A program made the translations under genes and the position numbers. From contig NW_024704743.1 in the NCBI RefSeq assembly GCF_018977255.1, forward strand, positions 95,916,001 through 95,980,000: a DNA stretch of 64,000 nt. Direction: 5' to 3'. This document shows, one piece after another, positions 63,735 to 64,000 of this stretch; the stretch's first letter is position 1, and every line of letters starts with the position of its first letter. The notes below the pieces were generated by a model that saw only the letters and a list, made by a program, of their open reading frames with translations, was not told where the DNA came from and did not search any database. The stretch is from Callorhinchus milii (taxonomy: Eukaryota).

Positions 63735-64000
63735 AACAACAACAACAAAATTATATTTGTAAAGCGCCTTTCAAGTTGAGAGGATGTCCCAAGGCGCTGG
63801 ACCAGACAGAGATATGGACCCGAGCTGGGGGTCGGGGTTATGGAGGGTGCATCGCAGTGGGGGAAGCAGAGAGATCGAAAGCACGGTCGAAGAGGAGGGT
63901 CTTGAGATAGGTCTTGAAGGAGGCAAGGGAGGGGGCAAGGCGGAGGGACTGCAGGATAGAGTTCCAGAGGGTGGGGACAGAGTGGCGGAAGTCCCACCCG
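63735..64000 (-). mobile_element. L2-clade LINE 3' end (runs off the window)
   Basis: Reverse complement of the same L2 terminus as 4500-5036 and 52350-53687. Confidence 0.85.

Overview
Vertebrate genomic DNA, probably from a cartilaginous fish (inferred from the L2/CR1 LINEs, tRNA-derived and Deu-type SINEs, and protein divergence). The left third holds seven consecutive coding exons of RAD54B on the minus strand (18976 down to 3828), with canonical splice sites and a continuous frame. The gene continues beyond both ends of the window. Positions 18977-64000 appear to be one large RAD54B intron containing two nested same-strand two-exon genes. The first is FSBP (57005-56623 + 50198-49625, about 318 aa), with a Myb/SANT-like N-terminus. 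The second is the main finding: an apparently intact chimeric gene (32306-31618 + 30328-29797, about 406 aa). It joins a pogo/Tigger (CENP-B-type) double helix-turn-helix exon with no DDE catalytic domain, in frame, to a diverged duplicate of the FSBP terminal exon. Both first exons end in phase 2 and both terminal exons start in phase 2, so the locus looks like a swap of DNA-binding domains onto a shared C-terminus. The rest is retrotransposon-derived sequence. All gene models were read by eye, and repeat boundaries are approximate.
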